DNA of 64,000 nucleotides from an uncultured Candidatus Poseidoniales archaeon (GCA_964587885.1 CAZPME010000005.1:17115-81114), one strand, 5' to 3'. Counted from the stretch's first letter, positions 18,917 through 27,545 are shown. The notes: generated by a model from the letters alone, not told the origin. Made by a program: numbers and translations.

Positions 18917-20533
18917 ATGGGCAGAACCCGCTTACTCGCTCTAATCCTCTGCGCGACGATGTTAGCGGGCTGTACTGGTGCTAGTTTACCTGATTGGGGT
19001 TCAAGTGGAATCCAGACCGATTGGAATGGTCCAGACGAGACTGTAAGCATTGAGAGTAATTTTGGTAATGATAGTGCGATGACCGACTTAGTTCCAATCG
19101 GTTGTAATGAAACCGGCTCATTACCAACTTCTAATGACTTAAATTCTGGTGAATGGGTTAATGCCATGCCAATTTCACTAATCGGTTGGGTTTCAGCAGT
19201 ACACCACTATGAAAACGGGGCTGGTCAATCTGAAGAGAGTATTAGCAAAGCGGTTTCTACCGCGGTGGTAATTGAAGCGATGTCGTATTCGGCTGCTGAA
19301 GCAAATTACGATAGCGGTGTTCTTGGTACACGTGTCCAAGTCAAGGATTGGGGTGACCCTAATGATAGTGGAATGGAGAGGCCATATGAGCCATCCACCG
19401 CTGGAAAACCAAAATTGCAGAGAGGCGAAGGCAATACTGAATTCCACGCTGCAGGACTAATTCCTGCTAGTGAGGAAGTGCTTGAAGGCATGGAAGCAAT
19501 CGAGTGGCATGTTCCAGTGAAAATCACCGGATACATGTTACATCAACCTGGTGGAGATAACCCCTATGATTACTATTATACTCGCTCTGATAAACCTGTG
19601 ACGATGACAAATAACGAATGTCACGTATTGCGCACCGATACCGATGGTTTCCGTGCCAACATGTTGGTGGTTACAATTGAGACTCCAAATGAAAGGATAA
19701 CTCTTAGTGAAGGATACAGTTCTTCGGTTGGTGGAATAAATACGTGGGTCTTCACCATTTTGGTATTGGCACTAGGCGGCGGTGGATCTTTCGGCCTTTT
19801 CCTGCTTTCAACTATAATGCAGCGTAAAGGAGCTTCTGGAGCCGCCAAAGTACTACTTGGCTCGGTTGGTTTTGAATCTGCAAAAACTGTCCAGCAAGAG
19901 GCGAAAACGGCCAAAAAAGAAGGCTTCGAGTCGGCCACACCCTCAATATCTCTAAAGGAGGACAAACCTAGCAAGGCCAAAGAAGCCAAGGTAGAAGAAG
20001 TTCAAATTAAGGGATTCAATTTGGATTCTATTCTCTCAGCAGATTCTAGTTCATCTGCCCCCCCACCGGAGGCTTCTGGCGGTGGAGTTCAAGTTACCCA
20101 AGAGGCTGATGAAATTGAGCAAAAGATGGCTACTGGTGAATTTGATGTTGGTGGAGATGACTATTACGATGAATCACCTCGCTCATTCAGTATTGGCGGT
20201 GATGACTCCGAAGACAAGGGCGGTTCCCGTGGTGGTTTTGTCAGTTCAGCCCGCTCGTTCGACGATTCCAGCGACGATGAAAGTCCACGTCACTTTTCAG
20301 CAACTCAGGCCAAGGTTAGTGAAGGTGGTGTTCCGACGCGAAAGACGCGAAAAACTCGCAAGGCTAAATCGACACGAGAACCCCTCGGCGACACTGATAT
20401 GGGAGTTGAGAATGAGCCCAAGCGTGGTCCTCCACCCAAAAAGAAGCGTGGCCCCCCTCCCAAAAAGGGTGGTAAGAGCGGTGGTAGTAAACCGAGCAAG
20501 GATGACGGTGACTTTAGCGATTTTAGTTTCTAA
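18917..20533 (+). CDS. Lipobox-bearing single-pass membrane protein with long low-complexity cytoplasmic tail
   Basis: N-terminus MGRTRLLALILCATMLAGCTG (lipobox LAGC). TM near WVFTILVLALGGGGSFGLFLLSTIM. S/D/K/G-rich tail with RGPPPKKK/RGPPPKKG. Confidence 0.65.
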   Translation: MGRTRLLALILCATMLAGCTGASLPDWGSSGIQTDWNGPDETVSIESNFGNDSAMTDLVPIGCNETGSLPTSNDLNSGEWVNAMPISLIGWVSAVHHYENGAGQSEESISKAVSTAVVIEAMSYSAAEANYDSGVLGTRVQVKDWGDPNDSGMERPYEPSTAGKPKLQRGEGNTEFHAAGLIPASEEVLEGMEAIEWHVPVKITGYMLHQPGGDNPYDYYYTRSDKPVTMTNNECHVLRTDTDGFRANMLVVTIETPNERITLSEGYSSSVGGINTWVFTILVLALGGGGSFGLFLLSTIMQRKGASGAAKVLLGSVGFESAKTVQQEAKTAKKEGFESATPSISLKEDKPSKAKEAKVEEVQIKGFNLDSILSADSSSSAPPPEASGGGVQVTQEADEIEQKMATGEFDVGGDDYYDESPRSFSIGGDDSEDKGGSRGGFVSSARSFDDSSDDESPRHFSATQAKVSEGGVPTRKTRKTRKAKSTREPLGDTDMGVENEPKRGPPPKKKRGPPPKKGGKSGGSKPSKDDGDFSDFSF

Positions 20534-20535
20534 AA

Positions 20536-21645
20536 TCATTCATCTAGCAGGATTTCAATATCGTTGGCTACTTTGCTGGGGATCCATGAATCTCCAGTCC
20601 AAATAACTCGCTTGTGTTGTCCCTTGTCCAAGATATACATTACAGTACTATGGCCGACTGAGTAATTACCCTCACCTATCGTTTCTGGGGTTTCGGCGAC
20701 ACAAGATAATTTGTCATCTCCATCCCAAGTATATCCCTCATCACACATGCAATGAGTATTGTTTCCTGAACCCATTGTCGAGCCGTGACCATTGCATACT
20801 CCCTCCTCTTGGTTCGAACTATTGTTTAGGGGAGACGGAATGTTACTCGGGTCAGTATCATTCATTGCCCAAGCGATATTCGTCGTTGCATTAATATTCA
20901 AATTTCCAGCGCCTGCAGAATCAAGTTGCCAAGCCGCACTAGAAGAATTCCATACGAATAAACTCCAAGTTCGGTTATCGAGTGCCGCAACGGAATCTAT
21001 CGTCTCAACGATATGGATGCCATTTTCATCAACTGATGAGTTGAGAGAAATGTTGTCTTGTGATAAGGTGGCTTGGGTTAAATTCCAAGCATCTCCAACA
21101 CCTTCTAAAGAATCATACATCATCGCCAAAATGGCACTTGAATTATCAGGATAGTGAATGATAACATGATTCATTTCATCCATCGCTACATGAGCCTCAA
21201 TGAAGGCTTTCTCAACAACGATGCCAAAATTAGTCCACACCTTTTGTGATTCTTCGATGCTACCAGTTAGGTGCGGCCAATCGACACCGTGTTTTTGGGT
21301 GAAGGATTTGAGACGAGCAGGAGTGTCATACTCAGGGTCGACACTAACCGAAAGAAAGGTTACTCCCGACATTTGATTTTCGCCCAATTCATCAGCGACA
21401 GCAGCGAGATTTTGGGTTGTAACTGGACAAACGTCTGGACAACGGGTGAAGATGAACATGATGACGACGACATCACCCTCAAAATCGCTAAGATTTACGC
21501 TATTTCCATCTTGGTCAAATAATGTGAAATCGCCGGCAACGGGCCCTGATATCGCAGTTCCCTCAAAGGACACAGTCCCTTCACCGGTACAACCAGCAAG
21601 AAAAACACATGTGGCTATTGCCAACCCCAAAACGACTCGCTTCAC
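20536..21645 (-). CDS. SCO1/SenC-family copper chaperone with large internal insertion
   Basis: Lipobox VFLAGCTG and thioredoxin-fold CPDVCP copper motif. The conserved His segment (YSVGHSTVMYILD) lies ~170 aa further downstream than expected. Last gene of the cox operon. Confidence 0.75.
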   Translation of the reverse strand: MKRVVLGLAIATCVFLAGCTGEGTVSFEGTAISGPVAGDFTLFDQDGNSVNLSDFEGDVVVIMFIFTRCPDVCPVTTQNLAAVADELGENQMSGVTFLSVSVDPEYDTPARLKSFTQKHGVDWPHLTGSIEESQKVWTNFGIVVEKAFIEAHVAMDEMNHVIIHYPDNSSAILAMMYDSLEGVGDAWNLTQATLSQDNISLNSSVDENGIHIVETIDSVAALDNRTWSLFVWNSSSAAWQLDSAGAGNLNINATTNIAWAMNDTDPSNIPSPLNNSSNQEEGVCNGHGSTMGSGNNTHCMCDEGYTWDGDDKLSCVAETPETIGEGNYSVGHSTVMYILDKGQHKRVIWTGDSWIPSKVANDIEILLDE

Positions 21646-21687
21646 GTTTCGGGCCTACTGCCCACTTCTTTTCAATAGTTTGTGTTA

Positions 21688-22053
21688 CTAGTAAGGAGAG
21701 ACCCATGGTGGGGTGCACCAACTTGGTAGATCTTCGATACCTGCAGGGTTAGTTAAGCCAATACCCCATAGCATTAGAGCGACGAAAAAGAGTGGGAATA
21801 TAGCTGTGCGTGTGATGATTGGCGGGTCGCCGCGTAAGTGCATAAACCATGCTGCAATCCCGAATCCTTTGACGATACCAACGCCGACCAAAACAGCCCA
21901 TGTTTCATAGCGAGGTAAGTCTAGATAAACCGCGCCGACTTCTATTACAGTGAATACCATCAATAGAACCAAGTTAAAATTGTAAATATTTCCAAATGGC
22001 TTTGCCAATGCCATTTCCCATTTTGCCATATGATGCTCGCCCATTGAAATCAC
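21688..22053 (-). CDS. Cytochrome c oxidase subunit IV-like small membrane protein
   Basis: 121 aa, three hydrophobic helices, AWFMHLRGDP (the FMHL motif of prokaryotic subunit IV proteins). Sits directly after coxIII. Confidence 0.55.
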   Translation of the reverse strand: MISMGEHHMAKWEMALAKPFGNIYNFNLVLLMVFTVIEVGAVYLDLPRYETWAVLVGVGIVKGFGIAAWFMHLRGDPPIITRTAIFPLFFVALMLWGIGLTNPAGIEDLPSWCTPPWVSPY

Positions 22054-22054
22054 C

Positions 22055-23215
22055 TCAGTATAGATAGAATGCAGGGAAGATGGCTACCCAAGCCAAATCC
22101 ACGAAGTGCCAGTAAAGACCGAAGTATTCGATGCTTTGTGCGTTATCGGCAGTCCAGCCTCCCTTCTGTGCTTTGAAAGTAAAGAATAACAATATTATCA
22201 GGCCGACAAATACGTGGAATCCGTGTGCACCAGTAGTGATGTAGAAGACCGAACCTGCAAGGGTGTCAATGGTGAAAGGATGTGCCCCGTTCATCATGTG
22301 ATCCCACTCAATCAGTTTCAATACCAAGAACAGTGAACCCAGTGCCAAGGTCATCATCAGGTTATTACGGATTGCTCGACGTTGGTCCGGCATCCACCAC
22401 GCTACCAACTTGTTCTTTGGTTTCTGCCAATCTACCATCTGTGCGTGACGCAATGCAGTTACGACCGTAAATGAAGATAGAATTAGAGCAAAGGTGTTGA
22501 TGGCGCCCGGAAGTAGAGTCCAAAACGATTCGTTAATCAGTTCACTAGCCACTACGACATAGCCATCTGGACAAACTACTCCGCCCCCACCAAAGGGGTC
22601 GCAATCGACATCCCAATGGGTTGTCCAACCCGTCCTCAAGCGCAGGTAGGAAGAGAAGAATGATCCGAAAATCATTACTTCAGACATTAGGAATACCCAA
22701 AGTCCAACCTTACGAATCTCAATGCCACCGAATGGCTCACCATAGGACATCGGTTCATTCTTGCCATCGTTGCCGAAGTCTTCTCGCCACCAATTGGCGA
22801 TTCCAGCAAAGAGAATCAGTATACCAGCACCAAGAATACCAATGGCACCACTTTGATTCCACTGAATGAATCCCATGAGGAATAACATTGCTCCAAAGGC
22901 CATGATTATCGGCGACCATGACCCGTGGTGTGCGTGGTCGTCGTGACCATGGTCATCGTGGTCGTCATGACCATCGCTACCAAAGGCTGAGTTAACCAAT
23001 CCAGATAGAATGGCGATAGCTCCGTAAATTACCAATAATGCGCAAGCGACCATTCCACCGATATAGATGGCGTGATCAAGCCCGTGCGTTGTATGGACAA
23101 AAGCATGCATTGCTTGACTGAGGGCAAGAACCGCCCCACCGAGTACGATTAACCCAACACCAATGGCGATTGCAGACATCCAAGTCTCTTCATCTTGAGT
23201 TGTATGAGCGCTCAA
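22055..23215 (-). CDS. coxC: Heme-copper oxidase subunit III with N-terminal extension
   Basis: C-terminal YFGLYWHFVDLAWVAIFPAFYLY and a 7-helix subunit III pattern. The extra N-terminal two helices are followed by the GHDDHDDHGHDDHAHHG loop. Confidence 0.85.
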   Translation of the reverse strand: MSAHTTQDEETWMSAIAIGVGLIVLGGAVLALSQAMHAFVHTTHGLDHAIYIGGMVACALLVIYGAIAILSGLVNSAFGSDGHDDHDDHGHDDHAHHGSWSPIIMAFGAMLFLMGFIQWNQSGAIGILGAGILILFAGIANWWREDFGNDGKNEPMSYGEPFGGIEIRKVGLWVFLMSEVMIFGSFFSSYLRLRTGWTTHWDVDCDPFGGGGVVCPDGYVVVASELINESFWTLLPGAINTFALILSSFTVVTALRHAQMVDWQKPKNKLVAWWMPDQRRAIRNNLMMTLALGSLFLVLKLIEWDHMMNGAHPFTIDTLAGSVFYITTGAHGFHVFVGLIILLFFTFKAQKGGWTADNAQSIEYFGLYWHFVDLAWVAIFPAFYLY

Positions 23216-25518
23216 TGACTCACCTCCTTTTTGCCACTACCGCCACCAAGCAATTTACCCATCATACGAGAAAACCAACCCTGTGGATGGTCTTCATTAT
23301 CATCACCTTGAGTCGGTACTACAGCAAATGATGGAGTTGGTGGTGGGCTTGCAGTAGTCCATTCAAGACTCCATCCACCCCATGGGTCTTCGCCAACCTT
23401 TTCGCCCTTTTTACTACTGTAAATTATGTTCCAAAGCAAAATAAGTTGTGATAATCCGAAGATGAAAGAAGCCACACTAATCGAGTAATTTAGGGAGGCA
23501 TAACCGCTCTCTACGGTGTAAGTATGGGTTCGGCGTGGCATACCCATTATTCCTACTACGTGCATTGGCCAGAATGCAGCGTTACAGGAGATGAAACTGA
23601 TGAGGAAATGTAGCACTCCAAGTTTCTCATCCAATTTCCGACCAAAGGCTTTGGGATACCAATAGTATAGTCCCGAGAATAATCCAAATACAGTACCACC
23701 AATCAATACATAGTGGAAGTGGGCGACGACGAAGTAAGTGTCGTGGAAGTGCATGTTTAAGCCAACGACTGGGAAGAACATACCTGAAACCCCCCCGAGG
23801 GTGAAGGTAATTATGAATCCAAGAGCCCACAATGTGTGGGTTTTGAAGACCAATGCGCCACCCCATAAAGTAGCCAACCAATTGAAAATCTTCACACCAG
23901 TAGGAATCGCTACCAGCATCGTAGTTCCCATCATTACTACCCGTAAGGTAGGGTCCATTCCGCTGGTCAACATGTGGTGTCCCCACACGATAAATCCAAC
24001 CACACCGATTCCAGCCATTGCATATACCATCGATTTGTAGCCGAAGATAGAGCGTCGAGCGCTAGTTGCTAAGACCTCACTTACAATTCCAAACGCTGGA
24101 ATGATAACCACGTATACTTCTGGGTGGCCAAAGAACCAGAATAGGTGCTGGAATAGAATTGGATCACCGGCATTGACGGCGAAGAAGGTCGTACCAATAG
24201 TGTGGTCGAAGAAGAGGAATGCAACCCCGATTATTAGTGCTGGAAGAGAGAGATATAGCATAAACATCGAAATTAGGAAACTCCATGTAAATAGTGGCAT
24301 TTTCATCAAAGTTACCCCTGGAGCACGCATCACAAAGATAGTTGCGATGAAGTTTACACCAGCCAGTGTCGATGATGCTCCCAGCATTATCACCCCGGCA
24401 ATGAACGACACCGTCCCTGGACTATTGGCATAGATCGAATCACCGGCAAGGCTAGAGTATGGAGGATACATTACCCAAGTGATATCAGCACCTTCACCGG
24501 TGAATACGCCGGTAAAAATTAGGATGCAAGAGAATGCTAGGAACCAAAATCCGAGTGCGTTAACACGTGGGAAAGCCAAATCTTGTGCGCCGATTTGTAA
24601 GGGCACGATATAGTTACCAAAACCGGCAATCATCGGCATCGCCGCCAAGAAAATCATTGTTGTTCCGTGTAGGGTGAAGAATGAGTTGTATTCGTAATAT
24701 TCCAAAAAGTCATTTTCAGGGAACATCAATTGAATACGGAATAAGAGTGCGAGAACTCCACCGACGAGGAAGAAGAAGAACCCGTAGGCAAAGTAGAGGA
24801 TTCCCACTCCTTTGTGGTCGGTAGTGGTCAACCATTCCTTGAGATAACTCCAAAAGCGGTCAAGGCTGAATCCTTCAGGGTTACGGCTGTAGAAGATGTA
24901 CATTATTGCCAATACCATTAGAACGATTGAGAGTAGAACAGCAGTCATTAGAATTTGTAGTGGGGGTGCACTTGGGGCTTGAGCATTAGCATTAGCACCG
25001 AGAACTTCCATATTGATTGAATTCCACGCATCACCGTTTGATGAATCACCACCATTGACTGCATTGCCAAGGAAAGTGAATTCGACAATCTTAGAATCGT
25101 CACCTGGTGCGGTCCAAGTTAAGTTCCATGAGCGAACAGAATTACCAGCGCTAGTATGTGTTAATCCGCCTTTCATTTCTTGAGTTAGGCTTGAATCTCC
25201 GGTTAGGGTTCCTTCGCTGACAATAACTCTGAAACCACCACTTCGCCCATTCCAGCCGGCTGCAGCATCACCGTCTTTCCACAAATCCATTCCATCATTG
25301 ACCACGGTCAAAGTGAAGTCATAGGATTGGCCTGCGGTGAAATTGTCAGGCAGGCCTTCAACTACAATTGAAGTTGCTGAATTAGAGTCGCCGTGACAGG
25401 TACAGCCACCATCACCCTGACTATCGATTCCAGTATTAATCGAATTCATTGACGGAGTAGCAACCAACGCCAGCATTGCTACCATGACGATTATTACGGT
25501 TCTTTTTCCAAGCATCAC
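23212..25518 (-). CDS. coxA: Heme-copper (aa3-type) oxidase subunit I with ~220-aa N-terminal extension
   Basis: Canonical HKGVGILYF, WFFGHPEVYVVIIPAFG, HHMLTSG and HDTYFVVAHFHYVL motifs start at about aa 225. They are preceded by a signal/TM, a ~165-aa soluble domain and one extra TM. ATGA overlaps with coxB and coxC. Confidence 0.95.
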   Translation of the reverse strand: MMLGKRTVIIVMVAMLALVATPSMNSINTGIDSQGDGGCTCHGDSNSATSIVVEGLPDNFTAGQSYDFTLTVVNDGMDLWKDGDAAAGWNGRSGGFRVIVSEGTLTGDSSLTQEMKGGLTHTSAGNSVRSWNLTWTAPGDDSKIVEFTFLGNAVNGGDSSNGDAWNSINMEVLGANANAQAPSAPPLQILMTAVLLSIVLMVLAIMYIFYSRNPEGFSLDRFWSYLKEWLTTTDHKGVGILYFAYGFFFFLVGGVLALLFRIQLMFPENDFLEYYEYNSFFTLHGTTMIFLAAMPMIAGFGNYIVPLQIGAQDLAFPRVNALGFWFLAFSCILIFTGVFTGEGADITWVMYPPYSSLAGDSIYANSPGTVSFIAGVIMLGASSTLAGVNFIATIFVMRAPGVTLMKMPLFTWSFLISMFMLYLSLPALIIGVAFLFFDHTIGTTFFAVNAGDPILFQHLFWFFGHPEVYVVIIPAFGIVSEVLATSARRSIFGYKSMVYAMAGIGVVGFIVWGHHMLTSGMDPTLRVVMMGTTMLVAIPTGVKIFNWLATLWGGALVFKTHTLWALGFIITFTLGGVSGMFFPVVGLNMHFHDTYFVVAHFHYVLIGGTVFGLFSGLYYWYPKAFGRKLDEKLGVLHFLISFISCNAAFWPMHVVGIMGMPRRTHTYTVESGYASLNYSISVASFIFGLSQLILLWNIIYSSKKGEKVGEDPWGGWSLEWTTASPPPTPSFAVVPTQGDDNEDHPQGWFSRMMGKLLGGGSGKKEVSH

Positions 25519-26465
25519 AAACTACCTCCCAGTGGATCAACAACATGCACAGACGCTATCATCACCGAATGCTGAAGGCCGCAATATTCTGTACAGGTCA
25601 TTTCGAAAGTACCAGTGTCTTGAGGATGGAAATACATCTGTGTCCAGATGTCTGGTGTTACATCTTCTTTTACTCCCCATTCGTTGAAGAATGGAGCATG
25701 GATCACAGCAGGATTGCCCGCCGTATCCTCGGTAGTCATTTGGAAGAGGATGTCGCTATTGTTAGGAATCCATGCTTCACCAGTATTGACGTAGCCGGCG
25801 GAGATGTGATGACGCTCTGCAAGGATGATGTCCTCGCCGTCTTCGACGCTAACCTTGACGGTGATAATCGAATGCTCACCCATTCGGTAAGGATGACCCT
25901 TGGCAGCAACATCGCCAACGGTTAAGCCATCTGAGGTGAGATTGTAAGTTTGGTCAGCCAAATCACTTATCGTTACAACTAACTGTCCTTGGTCAGCATA
26001 AGTATCTGCAACATCATCGAGAATATCAACAAAGACTCCACTAGTTGAATTGGTGAATGTTACAGTGCCTGCTGGAGCAACACCATCACCATCCCAAACG
26101 AGGTTCTCGGTGTAGGTAAATTCCCAATACCATTGGTAGCCAACAACTTCCATCTCAAAGGTCTCATCAGCGTTAACATCGGGAATAGAACCCCAAGCGC
26201 CCACCATCGATTGCCAAGATACCCAAATCAAATACACAATAAGGATTGAAGGTCCAATGAACCATCCGAGTTCGAGTTTGTGATTATCGCGTTCAACAGG
26301 AAAAACACCGGGTGTTAATTTTTCTAATTCTGATTCGTCAGTCAATCCTTTTCGGTGCACAAGGACGGTATAAGTCAACCACACGAAGGTGAAAGTGCCA
26401 ACGACAATTGACCAAAATATGAATTCGGCATAAAGGCTGTTGAAGACAGTATACTCTGCAGGCAT
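25515..26465 (-). CDS. coxB: Cytochrome c oxidase subunit II (CuA) with insertion in the cupredoxin domain
   Basis: Two N-terminal TM helices, GYQWYWEFTY, VIHAPFFNEWGVKEDVTPD, and CuA site CTEYCGLQHSVM. Confidence 0.9.
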   Translation of the reverse strand: MPAEYTVFNSLYAEFIFWSIVVGTFTFVWLTYTVLVHRKGLTDESELEKLTPGVFPVERDNHKLELGWFIGPSILIVYLIWVSWQSMVGAWGSIPDVNADETFEMEVVGYQWYWEFTYTENLVWDGDGVAPAGTVTFTNSTSGVFVDILDDVADTYADQGQLVVTISDLADQTYNLTSDGLTVGDVAAKGHPYRMGEHSIITVKVSVEDGEDIILAERHHISAGYVNTGEAWIPNNSDILFQMTTEDTAGNPAVIHAPFFNEWGVKEDVTPDIWTQMYFHPQDTGTFEMTCTEYCGLQHSVMIASVHVVDPLGGSL

Positions 26466-26485
26466 GGTGTGACCTATTTGTGCCG

Positions 26486-26494
26486 GATATACTG
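26486..26494 (-). promoter_or_regulatory. Candidate archaeal TATA box for the cox operon (would imply a near-leaderless transcript)
   Basis: The minus strand reads TTTCAGTATATCCGGCACAAATAGGTCACACC-ATG. The AT-rich box lies about 24-31 nt upstream of the coxB ATG. Sequence pattern only. Confidence 0.2.
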
Positions 26495-26642
26495 AAAGTA
26501 ATAAGTATAGTCATCAAGCCATTCCGTAGGAATGGGTAAACAAGTACTCGGAGGCGATTGCAAAGATTGCAAATTGCACGTTTTTTCATAATGCAATAGG
26601 AGAGGCTATCTGCTAGTTTGGTTAAGCAATTAATGGCCGGAA

Positions 26643-27017
26643 ATGGACTTGAACAACAGCGAAAGCAAACCCAATCTTGAAATTGAAGGTTGCATCCAAA
26701 AAACCTTCGATGGAGATTTACTTTTGGCGATTGAAGTTCAGCCGAATTCTAGTCGCGCTGAAATTACTGGAATAAATATGTGGCGAGGACGACTTCAAGT
26801 GGCGGTCAAGGCGCCAGCATTACGAGGGGCTGCAAATTCTGCAGTAGTAGTGGTTTTGTCCGAAAATATTGGCATTAGTAAAGACAATTTGGAGATAACT
26901 CAAGGCCATACTAGTCGCCAAAAAATGATTCAAATAACTGGAATTGAATCGGCAACTCTAGTTGAGAAAATAGACTCCATAATCACTGCATTGAAGAAAA
27001 ATGATGACGAGGTTTAG
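26643..27017 (+). CDS. DUF167/YggU-family protein
   Basis: LLLAIEVQPNSSRAEITG...LQVAVKAPALRGAANSAVVVVLSENIGISKDNLEITQGHTSRQKMIQITG follows the YggU pattern (P.a.k..i.g...l.v.v.a.P..G.AN..l...l...l....v.i..G..sR.K.i.i.g). Confidence 0.7.
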   Translation: MDLNNSESKPNLEIEGCIQKTFDGDLLLAIEVQPNSSRAEITGINMWRGRLQVAVKAPALRGAANSAVVVVLSENIGISKDNLEITQGHTSRQKMIQITGIESATLVEKIDSIITALKKNDDEV

Positions 27018-27019
27018 CG

Positions 27020-27544
27020 ATGAATGATTCGGGAAAAAATGCTTGGTCGAACATTAGAGCAAAGGCAACAGGGCCACCCGACCGAGCCGAACGTTTTGCT
27101 GCAGTAGCAGAGAGTTTGGCCGAGGCTAGAATGAGAAATCGCCCATTAGAGGATGGGGGCATGGCTTGCCCTCTAATAGTCGAGGGTAAACGAGACCGTC
27201 AACTATTGAGAAATCTTGGATTTTCAGGTCCAATCGAATTGGTTAATCGGGGTTGGGATCATTCTCGACTTTGCGCATGGTTATACGAAACTTATGGGAC
27301 GAGAAACCAAGTTGACAATGGTTCCGCGATGTTCATGCTGATGGATTGGGACCGCACAGGGGGTCGCCTTCAACGAGACATTTGTAGGCGACTTGAGAGT
27401 CTAGATATTGCTGTTGATTCATTATTGCGAAAACGCTTGAGTCGTTACATTACACCCGAGACTAAGACGGTCGAAGGCATGCGGGGATTCATTCCTGATT
27501 TGAAACAAATGATGCAAAAATACGACCCCTTAGAAGAGGAATAA
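27020..27544 (+). CDS. Toprim-domain protein (archaeal UPF0292-like)
   Basis: PLIVEGKRDRQLLRNLGF (Toprim Glu) and LMDWDRTGGRL (DxD) with spacing typical of small archaeal Toprim proteins. Confidence 0.6.
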   Translation: MNDSGKNAWSNIRAKATGPPDRAERFAAVAESLAEARMRNRPLEDGGMACPLIVEGKRDRQLLRNLGFSGPIELVNRGWDHSRLCAWLYETYGTRNQVDNGSAMFMLMDWDRTGGRLQRDICRRLESLDIAVDSLLRKRLSRYITPETKTVEGMRGFIPDLKQMMQKYDPLEEE

Positions 27545-27545
27545 G

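Noticed and set aside
25393-25404. C-T-C-H in the CoxI extension as a c-type heme attachment site
   Set aside because: The canonical heme c motif is C-x-x-C-H, and this is C-x-C-H. I cannot claim a cytochrome c domain, so it is kept only as an unexplained Cys/His motif in a finding.
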